Positions 14,501 through 27,529 of a stretch of 64,000 nucleotides of DNA are shown here, one piece after another. Positions within the stretch are counted from its first letter, which is position 1. Every line of letters starts with the position of its first letter. The translations under genes were made by a program, and so were the position numbers. Source of the DNA: Seison nebaliae (lineage: Eukaryota); NCBI GenBank assembly GCA_023231475.1, contig JALJEE010000763.1:1-64000 (forward strand), in the 5' to 3' direction. Below the pieces are notes generated by a model. It was not told the origin of the DNA. It saw nothing but the letters and a program-made list of their open reading frames with translations, and ran no database searches.

Positions 14501-16969
14501 TCGAACGTCAAAGATTGTATAGAGAAAACTTTATCTCAAATTGCAGATAGTGACGGAATTCCATCAAAGCATTTGATGGCACATAATATTGAAGATGCAT
14601 TTCCCGATAATTCGCCATTTAAAAAATGTGGAAATGCCAAAGATTTCACGGATTACGTTCTTTGTTTTGGTAACGCATTTGGAACTTACCAATATATTGA
14701 AAATCATATTATCGGAATGACAATTGATAAGAAGGATGACAAGTTAATGGTGAGAGGATTATTTCAAGATTTCTTTTATCATTCTGCATCTTATTCGTGG
14801 AATATCGTCCAAAATTTCCGTCATAATTGGTTAGAAGGAAATGGAACGTTAATACGTGTCTATAATCATCCATTACCATTAACAGTGGATGATCGAAAAG
14901 ATAAGCGAAGTCTTGTCATGGAAACAATTGGGAGTTTCCTTGTTGCCACTAATCTTCTTATGGGATTCGCCTTCCTCTTTGCTTCATTCACTGCCTATAT
15001 CGTAAATGAAAAGAATTCGAAAGTAAAACATCTTCAATATATTTCTGGAATTGGATCGTTCTTCTATTGGGGAACGCACATGATATGGAATCTACTTCAA
15101 TATCTTTTCATTATCATATTAGTCGTTGTCCTTGTAAAAGTTGGAGATATTCGATCATTCTCTGAAACGATCTGTTAATATTTCTTTTCAATATAAATTC
15201 TCTAATTAATTCTCTATTTTCATCATTTTTAGCACGTTCGATGGAGATTTTCCTTCTACTCTTTTTATATGGACCGGGAGAATTGTGTCTCATGTATATC
15301 TTATGTCAAGTTTTTAAGAAATCTGCCACTTCTGTTGCGTTTCTTACCGTCTTCAATCTTCTCAGTGGTATCATTCCTGTAACTATCGTTTACATCGTCC
15401 AATTAGTTGACGACACGGGCAACATTTCGAATTATTTAAATTTGGTCTTTATGGTTCTCTTTCCTAGTCACGCTTTTGGTATGGCTCTATTGAATTATGG
15501 AGTTTTATATTCTCAAAAGATCTTATGTGAATTCTGTTTATTCTTCTATTTCTTATTATTTCCTTAATTCATTTTCTATTTTCAGTACCAATATTACCCG
15601 TTTGTTCAATTACTTATTTGTCATTAAATAAGAAAGCGATTGGAAGAAATCTAATAGTTTTGGCAGCAGATTCACTTTTTTATTTCTTATTACTCTTTGC
15701 TATTGAATCGGATATTCTTAATCGTTTTTCTCAATTCCTTTTGCGTCAATGTCGTCCTTCCAATAATCAAATTAATACTGTAGTTAATTTAGTTTTATTC
15801 TTTTGTATTTATATCTTTCTGACTAAATAGGAAGGTGATGAAGATGTGAGGAAGATGAGAGATAAAATATTAGATATCGATTTTTATGAATATGATGATC
15901 TACCACCAATTGTCGTCAAAGGGTTGTCGAAGGAATTCAAACGGAAAATAATTGCTGTACATCCCTTATATTTCCAATGTGAATATGGAGAATGTTTCGG
16001 TCTATTAGGAGCCAATGGAGCTGGAAAAACAACAACTTTTGATATGATGACAGGAATTCTCTATCCGACACGTGGAACAGCTTTCATTGTATCGGACGAT
16101 ATTAGGAAGAATTTGAAAAATGTTCAAAGGAACATTGGTTACTGTCCCCAGTTTGATGCACTTTGTGAAATGATGACAGGTAAAGAACTCTTGACTTTTT
16201 ATGGACGATTAAGAGGAATAGCTAATGAAGATCTATCGACTTATACGAATTTATTATTGAGAATGTTCAATATAGAACAATATTCTGATGTTATTGCTAC
16301 AAAATATAGGTTTACCATTTTGTGGAAATTTGAAATTTATTTCATTAAAATAATAGTGGTGGAAATAAAAGAAAATTATCCACAGCTATTTCATTAGTGG
16401 GTAATTCTAAAATTCTGTTTTTGGACGAACCAACAACTGGAATGGATGTGGCTGCTAGACGATATCTTTGGACTGTCATCAACAAACTGAGAAACACACA
16501 AGAACATACTTTAATTCTCACATCGCATTCAATGGAAGAATGTGAAGCATTGTGTACAACTGCAGCCATTATGATTAATGGACAATTCAAGTTGAAATTT
16601 ATTTTCTTAAAAAAAATTAATATTTCATTTATCAGATGTCTTAATTCGATTCAAAATCTTAAAAGTATTTATGGTGAAGGAGTTACTATATCCGTCAAAG
16701 TAGCTGATGGTGAAAATTTAAGTATTTTAGAAGAAAATCTTAATGCGAAATTCGGAAGTGCAAATGTCATATGTCTAAATCGATGCGATAAAATCGGACA
16801 ATATCAAATCAAAACAATTGACATATCGTTATCGTCAATGGCGGAGATGTTCGATTACATGAGCGAAAATAAAGATCGATTAAATATTAAAGATTTTTAC
16901 GTAAACCAAACTACACTCGAACAAATATTTAATGTCTTTGCTCAAGAGCAAAAACCAATAAATGAATGA
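11534..16969 (+). CDS. Full-length ABC transporter, subfamily A (ABCA3-like), 8 exons
   Basis: Layout is TMD-NBD-TMD-NBD. NBD1 has GHNGAGKST, LSGGQKRRL, LDEPTAGVD and LTTHFMDEAD. NBD2 has GANGAGKTT, YSGGNKRKL (restored by intron 16310-16356), LDEPTTGMD and LTSHSMEECE. TTLEEVF and TTLEQIF follow the two NBDs. Seven short introns join the ORFs in frame. Confidence 0.95.
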
Positions 16970-17382
16970 GACAAATATCAGATACTTATTTTCGTTTTAT
17001 TTTTTCAATTTTTTTACAGTTTACAAATTGTTAAACTATATCAAATATCCTCAAAATCTTAAAAATAATAATTTAGCGGAAAATATAATAAAAGCTATGA
17101 TAATGAAAACGAAGAGAAAATGTTCAAAATTAAAAATTGTTTAAATTGTGTATTAAAATTATTTTGATAATTGTCAAGCAACAACTAAGCTTACCTTCTA
17201 AACTCATGTTTTCTCTATTTTTCTACGTTAATAAAGTGAAGTTTTGAAAAATAATTTTAAAAAGAGTTCTATCCAAATAAAATTTGGGAAATACCAATAC
17301 AAATCTTACTTGTTTTTCGTAAACTCCTGTAATCGTGTGGTTTGTTTCGTTTGTCTTTGTGTAGAAGAGAAAAAATCAGAAT

Positions 17383-18810
17383 ATGAATAACAGCCACACT
17401 AAAAATAATAATTATTATGATGCTAATCTACCTGAAGAGATTAAATGTGTTTTCGAATGTACTTTCATCATAAGTTCATTCAAATTCAATTATTTTGGAA
17501 CTTTGTTAGCTGTGGGTGGTCAAGACGGAAGATTGTTAATTTTTGATTATAATCGTGAAAATGTTGTTTGGGATCGTCGTATATTTCGAGCACCGATATA
17601 TTCTATAAGTTGGAATCAGAATGGACATCTCATTTCTTGTTGTACGGCAACGGACATCTGTATTTTCCGTTTAGTTGATTCAACTGCAATTTATCGATTT
17701 CATTTGAAAGAAGAGATCACTTCAATTATCTGTCATCCATCCATCGAATATTTATTTTTATTTAATTTCTGTAAATTTCCTTCAACTTACCTCCATCTCA
17801 ATTCACATGGCAATGAATTGATGAAATCATGTCGTCCACTTCCTCGACATGAACATCATGGAATTGAAGAGAATGATACGATTTCCAATTTTACATCAAA
17901 TGGACAATATGTTCTTAGTGGAAATCAACGTGGAAAGATCTCAGTTTTTTCCATCAATAATCGATTAGCAAGAAAAGTTGTTTCGAGATTAAATGGGAAG
18001 GAATCTCTAAAATATCTTAAACATTTTCGAGTTTCATCTCAATCATCCACTCCCACTTCATCCACCAATAACAACATGTCCTCCACTTCCAATTTAGCTA
18101 TAAAACAAATTGTTTGTCGATCTCATGATGAACCAGATGATGAATATATTCTAATTAATGTCAGTGATCGATATCTTCTTCTCTATCAATTATCTGCTAT
18201 TCTTTCAGATAATCGAAATGACACAATTGAACCACTTCAACTTTTCCAAGATAATATCGACAAATTACAAATGAAACGATCATCATTAAATTTCGATGGA
18301 AGTATGGTTGCTACTACTTCAATGAAACAACAACAATATCGAATATGGTCATCGATGGATGGATCGTGTATTCAAGAAATTCCCAAACATAAAAACGATC
18401 AAATAACAGATATTGATTGGCATCCCAAATATCATGAATTAGTGACAACTCATTTGAATTGTATTATTGTTAGAAGTGCTGCCATCTTTCAAAATTGGGC
18501 AGCATGGGTTCCAAATTTCCGTCAATTACACGAAAATGAAGTTTATGAAGAACGAGAATCAGAATTTGATGTTTATGATGAAGATGCTTCTTCCATATCG
18601 AAATCACCGAATTCTAATGAAATTATCGATTGTTATACGATCGATCCGAACGATTTTAATGAACATGACAATGAAGATAATTTACTTCATCTTCCTCTCA
18701 AATTGAATAATGACGAAGATGAGAAGACACTTCAACTTCGAGTGAGAGAATTAAACAATGACATTCCACCAATTGATTTGAATGTGGAAGAGAAATCTTC
18801 TTATTTTTAA
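17383..18810 (+). CDS. RBBP5: RBBP5/Swd1, WD40 subunit of COMPASS H3K4 methyltransferase complexes
   Basis: WD40 repeats (FNYFGTLLAVGGQDGRLLIFD; ITDIDWHP) are followed by the RBBP5 hallmark NWAAWVPNFRQLHENEVYEERESEFDVYDED. Single 475-aa ORF. Confidence 0.92.
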   Translation: MNNSHTKNNNYYDANLPEEIKCVFECTFIISSFKFNYFGTLLAVGGQDGRLLIFDYNRENVVWDRRIFRAPIYSISWNQNGHLISCCTATDICIFRLVDSTAIYRFHLKEEITSIICHPSIEYLFLFNFCKFPSTYLHLNSHGNELMKSCRPLPRHEHHGIEENDTISNFTSNGQYVLSGNQRGKISVFSINNRLARKVVSRLNGKESLKYLKHFRVSSQSSTPTSSTNNNMSSTSNLAIKQIVCRSHDEPDDEYILINVSDRYLLLYQLSAILSDNRNDTIEPLQLFQDNIDKLQMKRSSLNFDGSMVATTSMKQQQYRIWSSMDGSCIQEIPKHKNDQITDIDWHPKYHELVTTHLNCIIVRSAAIFQNWAAWVPNFRQLHENEVYEERESEFDVYDEDASSISKSPNSNEIIDCYTIDPNDFNEHDNEDNLLHLPLKLNNDEDEKTLQLRVRELNNDIPPIDLNVEEKSSYF

Positions 18811-18839
18811 TTATCATCACATTTCATCAATTTCTTCTA

Positions 18840-20408
18840 TTAAACTTTTTTCTTTATCGTTTTATTTCTCCGTCTTATCCATTCATCTTTCCACATGAAA
18901 AAATTACATTTGGCTTTTATATCATCAGGTCTTCCTTCCGGTTTTCGACAAACATAAAATTTCCTGTTTATATTTTGAGAATTTTGTTTAATTACTGTTC
19001 GCTCAAGACAATGTTCTTTATGTTTCCAACATTTTGGTGCAGTCACATCAATAACGTCATCGCGAACTTTCCTTTTCGAAGTTTCCCCAATTTGTTGTTC
19101 CTTTTTTGAATCATTTTTCGGTAAGACGTTAAATAAAGTGGAAATCTTTTGTTGTTCCAATAAACGTCTTCTCATTCCAGATGGAATAGTATTTGATGAA
19201 CGCAATTTAATATTAAAAGTTGCCATCACCGGCACATGATCACTACCTGAATGATCACTTAAAATTTCTGATTGAATCACATATTCTTCCAATGATCGAC
19301 TACAGAAAATATAATCAATTCGTGAACCATAATTCGTTTCATATGCTCTCGTTTTCTGATTCCAACAAGTATAAACATCTTTCTTCTTCGGATGGAGATG
19401 ACGAAAAGTGTCAATTAAAATATTTTCTATTTTATTCTGCGATAAAATCGTTTCATCGTGAAAAGAATCATTTGAATAATCTTCAAAAACGAGTCGATTT
19501 ATCCAATTTTGAAATCGATCGAATTTCATTTCATTCTATAAATTCAGTTTTAATAATTAATTTAATAAATTTAAAGATAATAATAATAATAAAATATATA
19601 AATAAGAAGAAATAACTTCATTAAAAATGGAAAATTTCGCACTATCATTATATCGTCGTGAGATATTGAAATCACCACAAATAATGAAGAATTGTTGTTG
19701 TTTGATCAATTCTTCTAAATAGCATTGCAGTGCAAAAAAGAATAAAGTTTTATAATTTAATCGATCATTCGATATTCTTGTGATAAATTCATCTTTTCCA
19801 CAATTCTTGTCTATTCGAACATATTTGTTCGATTCGTCATTATCTTCGGCCGAATACATCGGACAATATACATTGATAACATGAAGACATTCGAATGTTC
19901 TCTCATAATTTTCATCCGTTGGAGATGGTGAACGTGGAAATCGATTTGAATATAATTCAAAAATATCTTTTTCAATGATTTTTTCGTGTTCTTTTCTTTT
20001 TTTATCCATAAGATATTTTCCAGCAATAAATCTCCCTTCTGACAACAATTGTTCTTTGATCTCACATATCAACAATTCAACATTTTCACATTTATCTTTA
20101 TAATATTCACGTATTCTTTCTTCAAAATGTTCAGTTAAGAAATTTGTTTGAATGCTGATGGGAACGAGTCTTTCATGAGAGAATAATGCAGTTCCTGAAT
20201 ATCCTTTCTTCCTCTCCGAACAGTTGAAAGACGATAAATAATTTTTTCTTGTAACCAAATCAGAATGCAAAGTCGATTTAGATAATTTTGTTTCTTGTAA
20301 AAGAATTATGTCATAACCATTTCTACCAAATAGTTCTTGATCATTCTCCATCGATCTCCAACTATTCACATTCCAACTCATTATACTCAAACCATTTTTC
20401 AAATTCAT
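18840..20408 (-). CDS. APEX2: AP endonuclease 2 (EEP domain, PIP box, zf-GRF), 2 exons
   Basis: Motifs SWNVNS, LQETK, GYSGTA, NVYCP, GDFN, NYGSRIDY and GSDHVPV are present, plus a PIP-like QQKISTLF and C-terminal zf-GRF PKCWKH...RKFYVCRKP...CNFFMW. One intron inferred at 19616-19536. Confidence 0.93.
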
Positions 20409-21314
20409 CGAAATAGGAAATCACTTCATTTAAATTCCATAAAATTTTCTTTTAATTTTAAATTGAAAAATATTTCTACAATTCAACTAATTTTCATACA
20501 TGACATCAAATGAACAATATATATTTGGAAATTTAAATTTTATGCTCCATAAACGTTTTTTTATAAACACATGTTCTTCATTTTCTCATTAATTAATTGA
20601 TATATCGATCACATGAGACCGAATAGAGAAAGGAAGAAGTCACTTGAAATATATGTATAACGTGATGTATAACATTCTTCGAATTATAAACAATTTGTTC
20701 TTATTTGTTAGTTTATTTTAATTTTAATTTTAAAAATATAAATTATATTTCAACAGTTATTTAATGTTTGTGATGATAATGAATTAAATTAATAAATTCA
20801 TTGATATTCGTCAAATTGTCATTTTCAAGCGTGTTGCAGCGTATGGAAATTGTGAGGCTTACATTTTATTAAAGCTTGAAATGAAAGTATGATATAGTTC
20901 AATATAGGTAGTGAGAATGTATTTATTTTATATATAAATAAATAGTTGAATAGTTGTTTAATAACGGACAGATATGAATGACAGATAATTTGCATTGGGA
21001 AATTATTGTCATTTCTTTTCGTCAATAAGTACACGGTGTGATCTGAATAATACTCTTTTCAATTCAATAAGGAAAATAGTTGAAGATAAGGTATTATGTA
21101 AGAAGAAATCGATTGTATTGAAAGAAAACATTACAATAATATTGTTCCGTTTTTCATTTTATTTTTTAATAATCTTATGAAGAGGCAGATATCGATCTGA
21201 TTCATCTTTTGAATAGGAGTGATCTTCATAAGAATCTTTCGAATTTGAAAATAAAAAGAAGGAAGGGAAAATATAAAGGAGGATAAGGAGAAGATTTTGG
21301 ATAAAGCAGTCGTT

Positions 21315-23377
21315 ATGCGAATGAACAACCCGAATCAGATAAAGCCGTCCGTCTCCTCTCAACTCATTTCTAGTTCGGGTACAACTGTTGGACAGGATTC
21401 TCGAAAACATCTTCGTGTTCGTCAGACAATGACCTCTTCCGTCAGCAATCGATCACAGAAAAAGATTAATGGTGTCCCTTATTCACAATCGACAACGAAC
21501 ATTCCGGGCAATGACAGTTCAACAATGAAATCGAGAATTCATTTAAATGTTTCATCTCGTAAGAATGCGGGTCACAACATGGCGAATAAAGTGGTAAAGA
21601 ATGAGAAAGATTTCAATTCTATTTATCCATATACTGGAAAGAAAACAACAGAGATAGAAAATATTGTTACTCATCTCAAGAGTAAACAAATCAGATTAAC
21701 AACGAATAAACCGCCAGAGAACGAACTCCGTCGGCTAATTCAAGAACGATTGAAAGTGATGGAAGAGACTCCGAGTACGAGAGTGATACCTGAAACAAGA
21801 GAACCACTCATCAATTTCCATGATCGATATATTGTGGGAAGTGTTATCGGTTCGGGCACTTATGGGTTCGTTTCTACTTTTTCCATCACTCTTTTCCATA
21901 TCTCAATTTTTTAGTCAAGTGATGAATGGAATTCATGTGCCATCAAAAGAGAAAGTTGCAATTAAAAAGATCTTAATGAAATCGGAACAAGATGGAGTTG
22001 ATATTCTCTATTTCCTTTTCATAAATTTATATTTTTATCATTTTCTTTTTAGTTTCCACGAACGACTTTGAGAGAGATAAAAATTCTCAAATCTTGTCGT
22101 CATGATAATTTAGTTTCATTGAGAGAGTTCTGCTTTAGTATCGGTTAGTTATATATTTTTCCTTTTATCGACAATTTCTTCTTTTTTTCCAGAAAAGGAT
22201 TCGATTGAGTTCTATCTCATTATGGATCTAGCTGATCATGATCTCGCTGGTCTCATTAATCAGTTCAAATCAAAATTTACCGTAGTCATGAAATTGGCAA
22301 TTTTAAAACAACTTTTAATCGGTTTGATTTTTTTTCCTTATTTCCGTAATGTCGATAATAATGATGATAGCATTGGAATATATTCATTTCAATCATATTT
22401 ATCATCGTGATCTGAAAACGGCAAATATTCTCATCAAATCCAATGGGAGACTTCTACTGGCTGATTTCGGATTAGCAAGAATTGTGAAAAATGTCGAAAC
22501 GTTGACGAATGGTGTCGTCACTTTGTGGTATCGACCTCCTGAATTACTTTACGGATGTATGAAATATACGGATAAGATAGATATGTGGGGTGTTGGTTGT
22601 ATCGGGGCTGAAATGTGGCATGGTAGTGCCATAATGAGAGGATCATCAATCATCGAACAATTGAAACATATTCATCATTCGTGTGAGAAGATAAAGAAAG
22701 ACAATTGGCCGAAAATTGACCAGATGCCAAATTATAAGAAGTTAAATACTCAATGGAAAGATGAGAGATTGCCTAATTTCATTGACTGGAAGAAACGTTT
22801 CGAGAATAAAGAAATTTTAAGCTTCATTAAGAAATGTTTGACGATTGATCCGGATAAACGATTATCAGCTAAAGAAGCATTAGAAGAGACGATATTCACG
22901 AATATCGGAGAGAAACATATGAAGTCATTGGGAACGATGTTACAAAGTCTCCAAACCAATTGCTTCGAATTAGTACCGGAAAAAAGATTGAAACGGAAAA
23001 ATTCTCATGATCGAAATGATGCGAAAAGAAAACATCAACATAATCGTCAGAATGATATGAATAATCCTCATCATCGCCATCATCATCATCATCACCATTT
23101 AAATAACAACAATAATAAAAATAAATATCTCAATGATAATGGAGGAAAATTTTCAAATTCAAAAATTTTAGGCAATCATCTTAACTCTTCAAATTCATCT
23201 GAGAAAATGTCAGATATTCAACCGATTCCATCAAATTATCATATACACGAAGACATGGGCGGCATTACCTCATCTTCCAATTCCGGTGTTACTCATCCGA
23301 CCAAACATAATTCCAATACGAACATTAATATTTTCAATGCGAATTTCGAAAAGAATTTAGAAAATTTATTGTTTTAA
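21315..23377 (+). CDS. CDK9-like transcriptional cyclin-dependent kinase, 5 exons
   Basis: After removing four short introns the protein reads IGSGTYGQV, VAIKK, DGFPRTTLREIKIL, HDLAGL, HRDLKTANIL, DFGLAR and TNGVVTLWYRPPELL. The first in-frame ATG after the upstream stop is at 21315. CDK9 versus CDK12/13 placement needs a phylogeny. Confidence 0.85.
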
Positions 23378-24549
23378 ATCCTTCAACTTCTTAATTCGTG
23401 TACCTGATGTGCACTCTCAATCACATCTCATTTCACAACGTCCAAATTTAGGTAAATAATTTTTTTTTAAAATTCCACTTCATGTTCTTTATGATCTAGT
23501 GTTCGATCTCTCCTAAAATTGGTATAATTCCGGTGAAGATTTATGTTTTTCCATTAAAATGAAGTGCAATTTGTAGAGATAATTTTGTATTTTATGATGA
23601 ATCATTCTCCTCCTTCTTTTTCTTTATGATTCTCTGGAGACGAATTGATCATTGGCGAATATTGAATTGAATGAGAGTTTCCTTTGAATTTTCGTGGAGA
23701 AAAATATTCTTTTTCCAATTCCTTCATAAACCAAAAATATTACATCTATTCAATCACCAAAAGCAAAAATATATTACCTGTTTTAAAAAGAACGAATTCT
23801 TCCAAATTCAAAATCCTGAAAATTCTCTTTCTCAACATTTCCTCTTTATTTCAAGTTCCATCTTTTGAAATATGGAAAAATTACATTGATTTCCTTTATG
23901 CTAGTTATATATTTTTTGAATTTTCATCCAAAATATTTCTGATATTTTCTTTTCTTTGTTCCTTCAACTTGTAATTTCCTCTTATTATAACTGAATTAGA
24001 ACCGATAACAGAAAATCTCATGTTTTTGCTGTTTTTTTTGGAAGATGAAATAATGATAAATATAAATGGGTTTACCTTCAATTTTCCCTATAAAATATTT
24101 CTCGTCTAATTTATTTTTAATGGGTTTAAATATCTAATAATTTTCATATAAAAATACAGTTTGAAAAAAATTTGGACAATTAGCGAAACTAAATTTTTAA
24201 AATAAAAAATTCTAAACAATCTCTTTTTTTTGTATTTTTTCTTTTCTCTTATGTTTACTTAATTAATTGTTCCTTGCTAGTACACGACTTCTTAAGGCGG
24301 GTCATTCATAAGAGGAAAGAAGAATATGATCATTCATCGTTTATCTAGTCGTTACACATTCGTAGTTTTCATTCGTAAATAACGAGGAAAAGGGAGGTGG
24401 AATAAAGTAAAATGTTTATTTATATGACAATGATGATGTGTGTTTATAACTTTCCACGACTGCATCTATTTTTGAAATATTTCATTGAAATTGAATTGAA
24501 ATAGAAATATTGTATTCGTTTTATACAAATTCCACTAGTTATACATGAA

Positions 24550-27025
24550 ATGAGTGTTGAAAATTCGAGAGAAGATTCTTGTTTCATTTTTCAACTCTCT
24601 ATTTCTCCTCCTGTATAAAACGCAAATTTATTAGATTTTCTTCTTTGTGCATTATTCTTTATTTGGGATATGATCACTCTCGTTCACCGTACGGATAATC
24701 AGTCGAATCCAATTAATAGTAATCGAACATTGATGAAGGAAATAGATGGTGAGGTTGATCATCCAAATCAGAGTGGAACGATTTGGAAGAAGTCAAGAAA
24801 ATTAGTGGAAATGATAAAAGATTTGAGAGAGCGTTTCCAACGAATATTTGATGTAGAAATGAAAATTGAAGATAAATCAAGTTCGAGAATTTGTTGAGAA
24901 AATAAAAATCAAAATTTGAATAAAACATATCGACAGGAATGGAAAATAGTTCCAATTTGACAAAAATTATTCTAAGAAGTTCCACTTCTACTGCAATCGA
25001 AAAGGCAAAAGTTTCTTTTAAAATCCAAACGAAATATTTGAAAAGAATTCTATTTTTTTTTTCCAGAAATATATCGATGCCATCGAGACATTGTTGAATG
25101 GAGATGGTGATGATGTTTGTGAATTAGTCGAAATTCCTAACAAACTTCTGTCTCTCGTTTGTACGGGCGTTTTCCACGAATTCATTGCATTTCATTATTC
25201 GGTTATAGGTCGTTTGTTAATAGATGATGAGATAAGAAAAGGTACTAAACAATTATCATTTGCTAATATGTTTTTGGAGATGGATGAGTTGAATGAATGG
25301 AAATGTAAGAGAAAAATTGAAATAGAGCAACTGAACGAATGGACATTTATCCAAAAACAAAAAATGGATATTTCTCTTAAATTTTATTCTCACAAACAAA
25401 ATTGTCAGAAACCGATTCATCAGAAACTCCAGAAATCTGATCAAATAGCAACATCAGTATTCCTCCTCTATGGAATCGATCAAGCAAAGAGAAAGAGTTG
25501 TTTGGAATTTGTTCGATCTTTGTCTCATTTTGAAGCGATTTCAATCGATCAAGAAATTCTATATCAAATTTCTGTTAAGAAGCGAAATAAAAATCAATAT
25601 CGTCATCAAGAACAATTGCGGCAATTACATGATAATTTGAATTATCTTCTCTATTATTTCTTCCGTCGATTCGATTACACGATCGAAGAGAAAACGAAAT
25701 CGATAATTGTTAAACGTGAACAATTTGAAGATGAGCATTTAGATATAAACATTTTGTCTTATTATCAAATACATAACTTATGTCTGTTGACGAAAGCGAC
25801 ATTACTTTCAGAATTATTACATTTAACCTTCCAAATGAAAAAGAAGAATTTTGACATTTTTAATCTTCAGGAAGAACAGATGGACATTCCCCATCCATCA
25901 CTTTATTCGAAGAATCATCTTCAAATCGATCCGGAACATATGAACATTTGGACTCTAGTCAAATTGTTGGTATGTTCTTATTTGCATTATGAACGTATAT
26001 TAGAAGGATATGATAACGATAAAAAATGTTCGTTCATTGGGGAGAATACGAATGATTATCTCGTCAATTGGTTATTTGCCATCGGTCAGAAATATATTGA
26101 AAGTCATTTGGAGATTTTTTCAGATTATTTATTTCTCAACTCTTGCATTGAAAATGTTCAAAGGGATCTTCTCCAATTGAGTTTGTCCACATTTCAAACA
26201 ACTATTGAGAGAGAAGCAAAGAATAGTGGAACGATGAGTATTCGACTTAAAGCGAGAAAAGAGAAAGAAAACAAAGAAAAAATTCAACAATTTAAAAAGA
26301 AATTGAAAGATGTTCCATTTTCTAAAATCATTTCGAATAATGCCAAATCGTTAGAAGAACGTCGTCCACCAGAACGTTCGAGGACGACTGTTAAATTGAA
26401 AAACGCTCAGAAAAGTTTACCGAAAACGACGAAAAAGAAATTGGAAAAATATTTAAATATCACCAAGTTCTCTTGCAAGCGACCAGTTGTCATTGATGGA
26501 CAGAATGTAGCACGATATCACAATGGAGTAGAACATATCCAATTGTTGTTATCTTGCGTTAAATTTTTTATTGGACTTGGATGTGATCGAATCATTGCTG
26601 TTTATCCAGAACATCGAATTAAGTCACTGAAAGAATCGAACGAGAAAAATAAGAAGATTATTGAAGCGATTGAGTCGTTACTTCATCAGTCGTTTTGTCT
26701 AACAAAAAATAAAATTGTCAACGGTCAATTCATTCATCCTTATGATGATCGTATGATTCTCGATATCGCTTTGCGTCATTCCGCCGTTGTCATTAGTAAT
26801 GATTCTTATCAAGATTTGACAGCAACAAATAATGAATATATGAAATTCGTTAAGAAAAAGTTCTTTCTCCTTTTCAAATTCCTTTTCCATATTCTTTTTA
26901 GTCTCGTTGTTTTCTCTTGTGTTAATAACGAATTCTTTCCTGCAAACGATCCTAATGGTACCAGTCCCAAACGACTCTATTCGATTATCAACGACTTCGT
27001 ATCGGATGAGATAAAAAACAAGTAA
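24550..27025 (+). CDS. Zc3h12a/Regnase/N4BP1-type NYN (PIN-fold) ribonuclease with a long uncharacterised N-terminus, 5 exons
   Basis: C-terminal domain reads RPVVIDGQNVA...YDDRMILDIALRHSAVVISNDSYQDL...FFPANDPNG. Introns inferred starting at 24581, 24881 and 25011, plus an in-frame one at 26860-26901. Confidence 0.85.
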
Positions 27026-27529
27026 ATTTCCATTTGTGAACATTCTATTTCAAAGTATCTTTCTCTCTCTCTCTTTTAGTTTCAACATTCAATTGTATAT
27101 TAATCAGCTATTAGAAACACCAGAAATCAAAGGTTAACTTAATAGCATCACAATATAATTAACAATTGTTGTTACGTAGAACTTGGTTTGAAAAAGAATG
27201 TGGCAGAAGATAGATTGAAGATCATTTTTATGAGAATTATCAACTATTGTCCCAATCAGGAGAAGGAAATATATACGAAACTAACTGAATGTTACTCCAT
27301 ACTTACAAAAGCGGTATTACACAAACAATTGGAGGAAATCCTACATTATTCAATAAATTTGTAAATCAAAAATTCCATTGTCTTTTATAATTTGGATTTT
27401 AACTTACATTTAATATGAATTTCTTTTGCATCCATTCTTTATTGTTCCACTATCACCACATCTAATAATATGGTAAAGCCACTATTTTTAGTTGAAGTAA
27501 AATAATAGCTTATTCATTACGCAACATTC

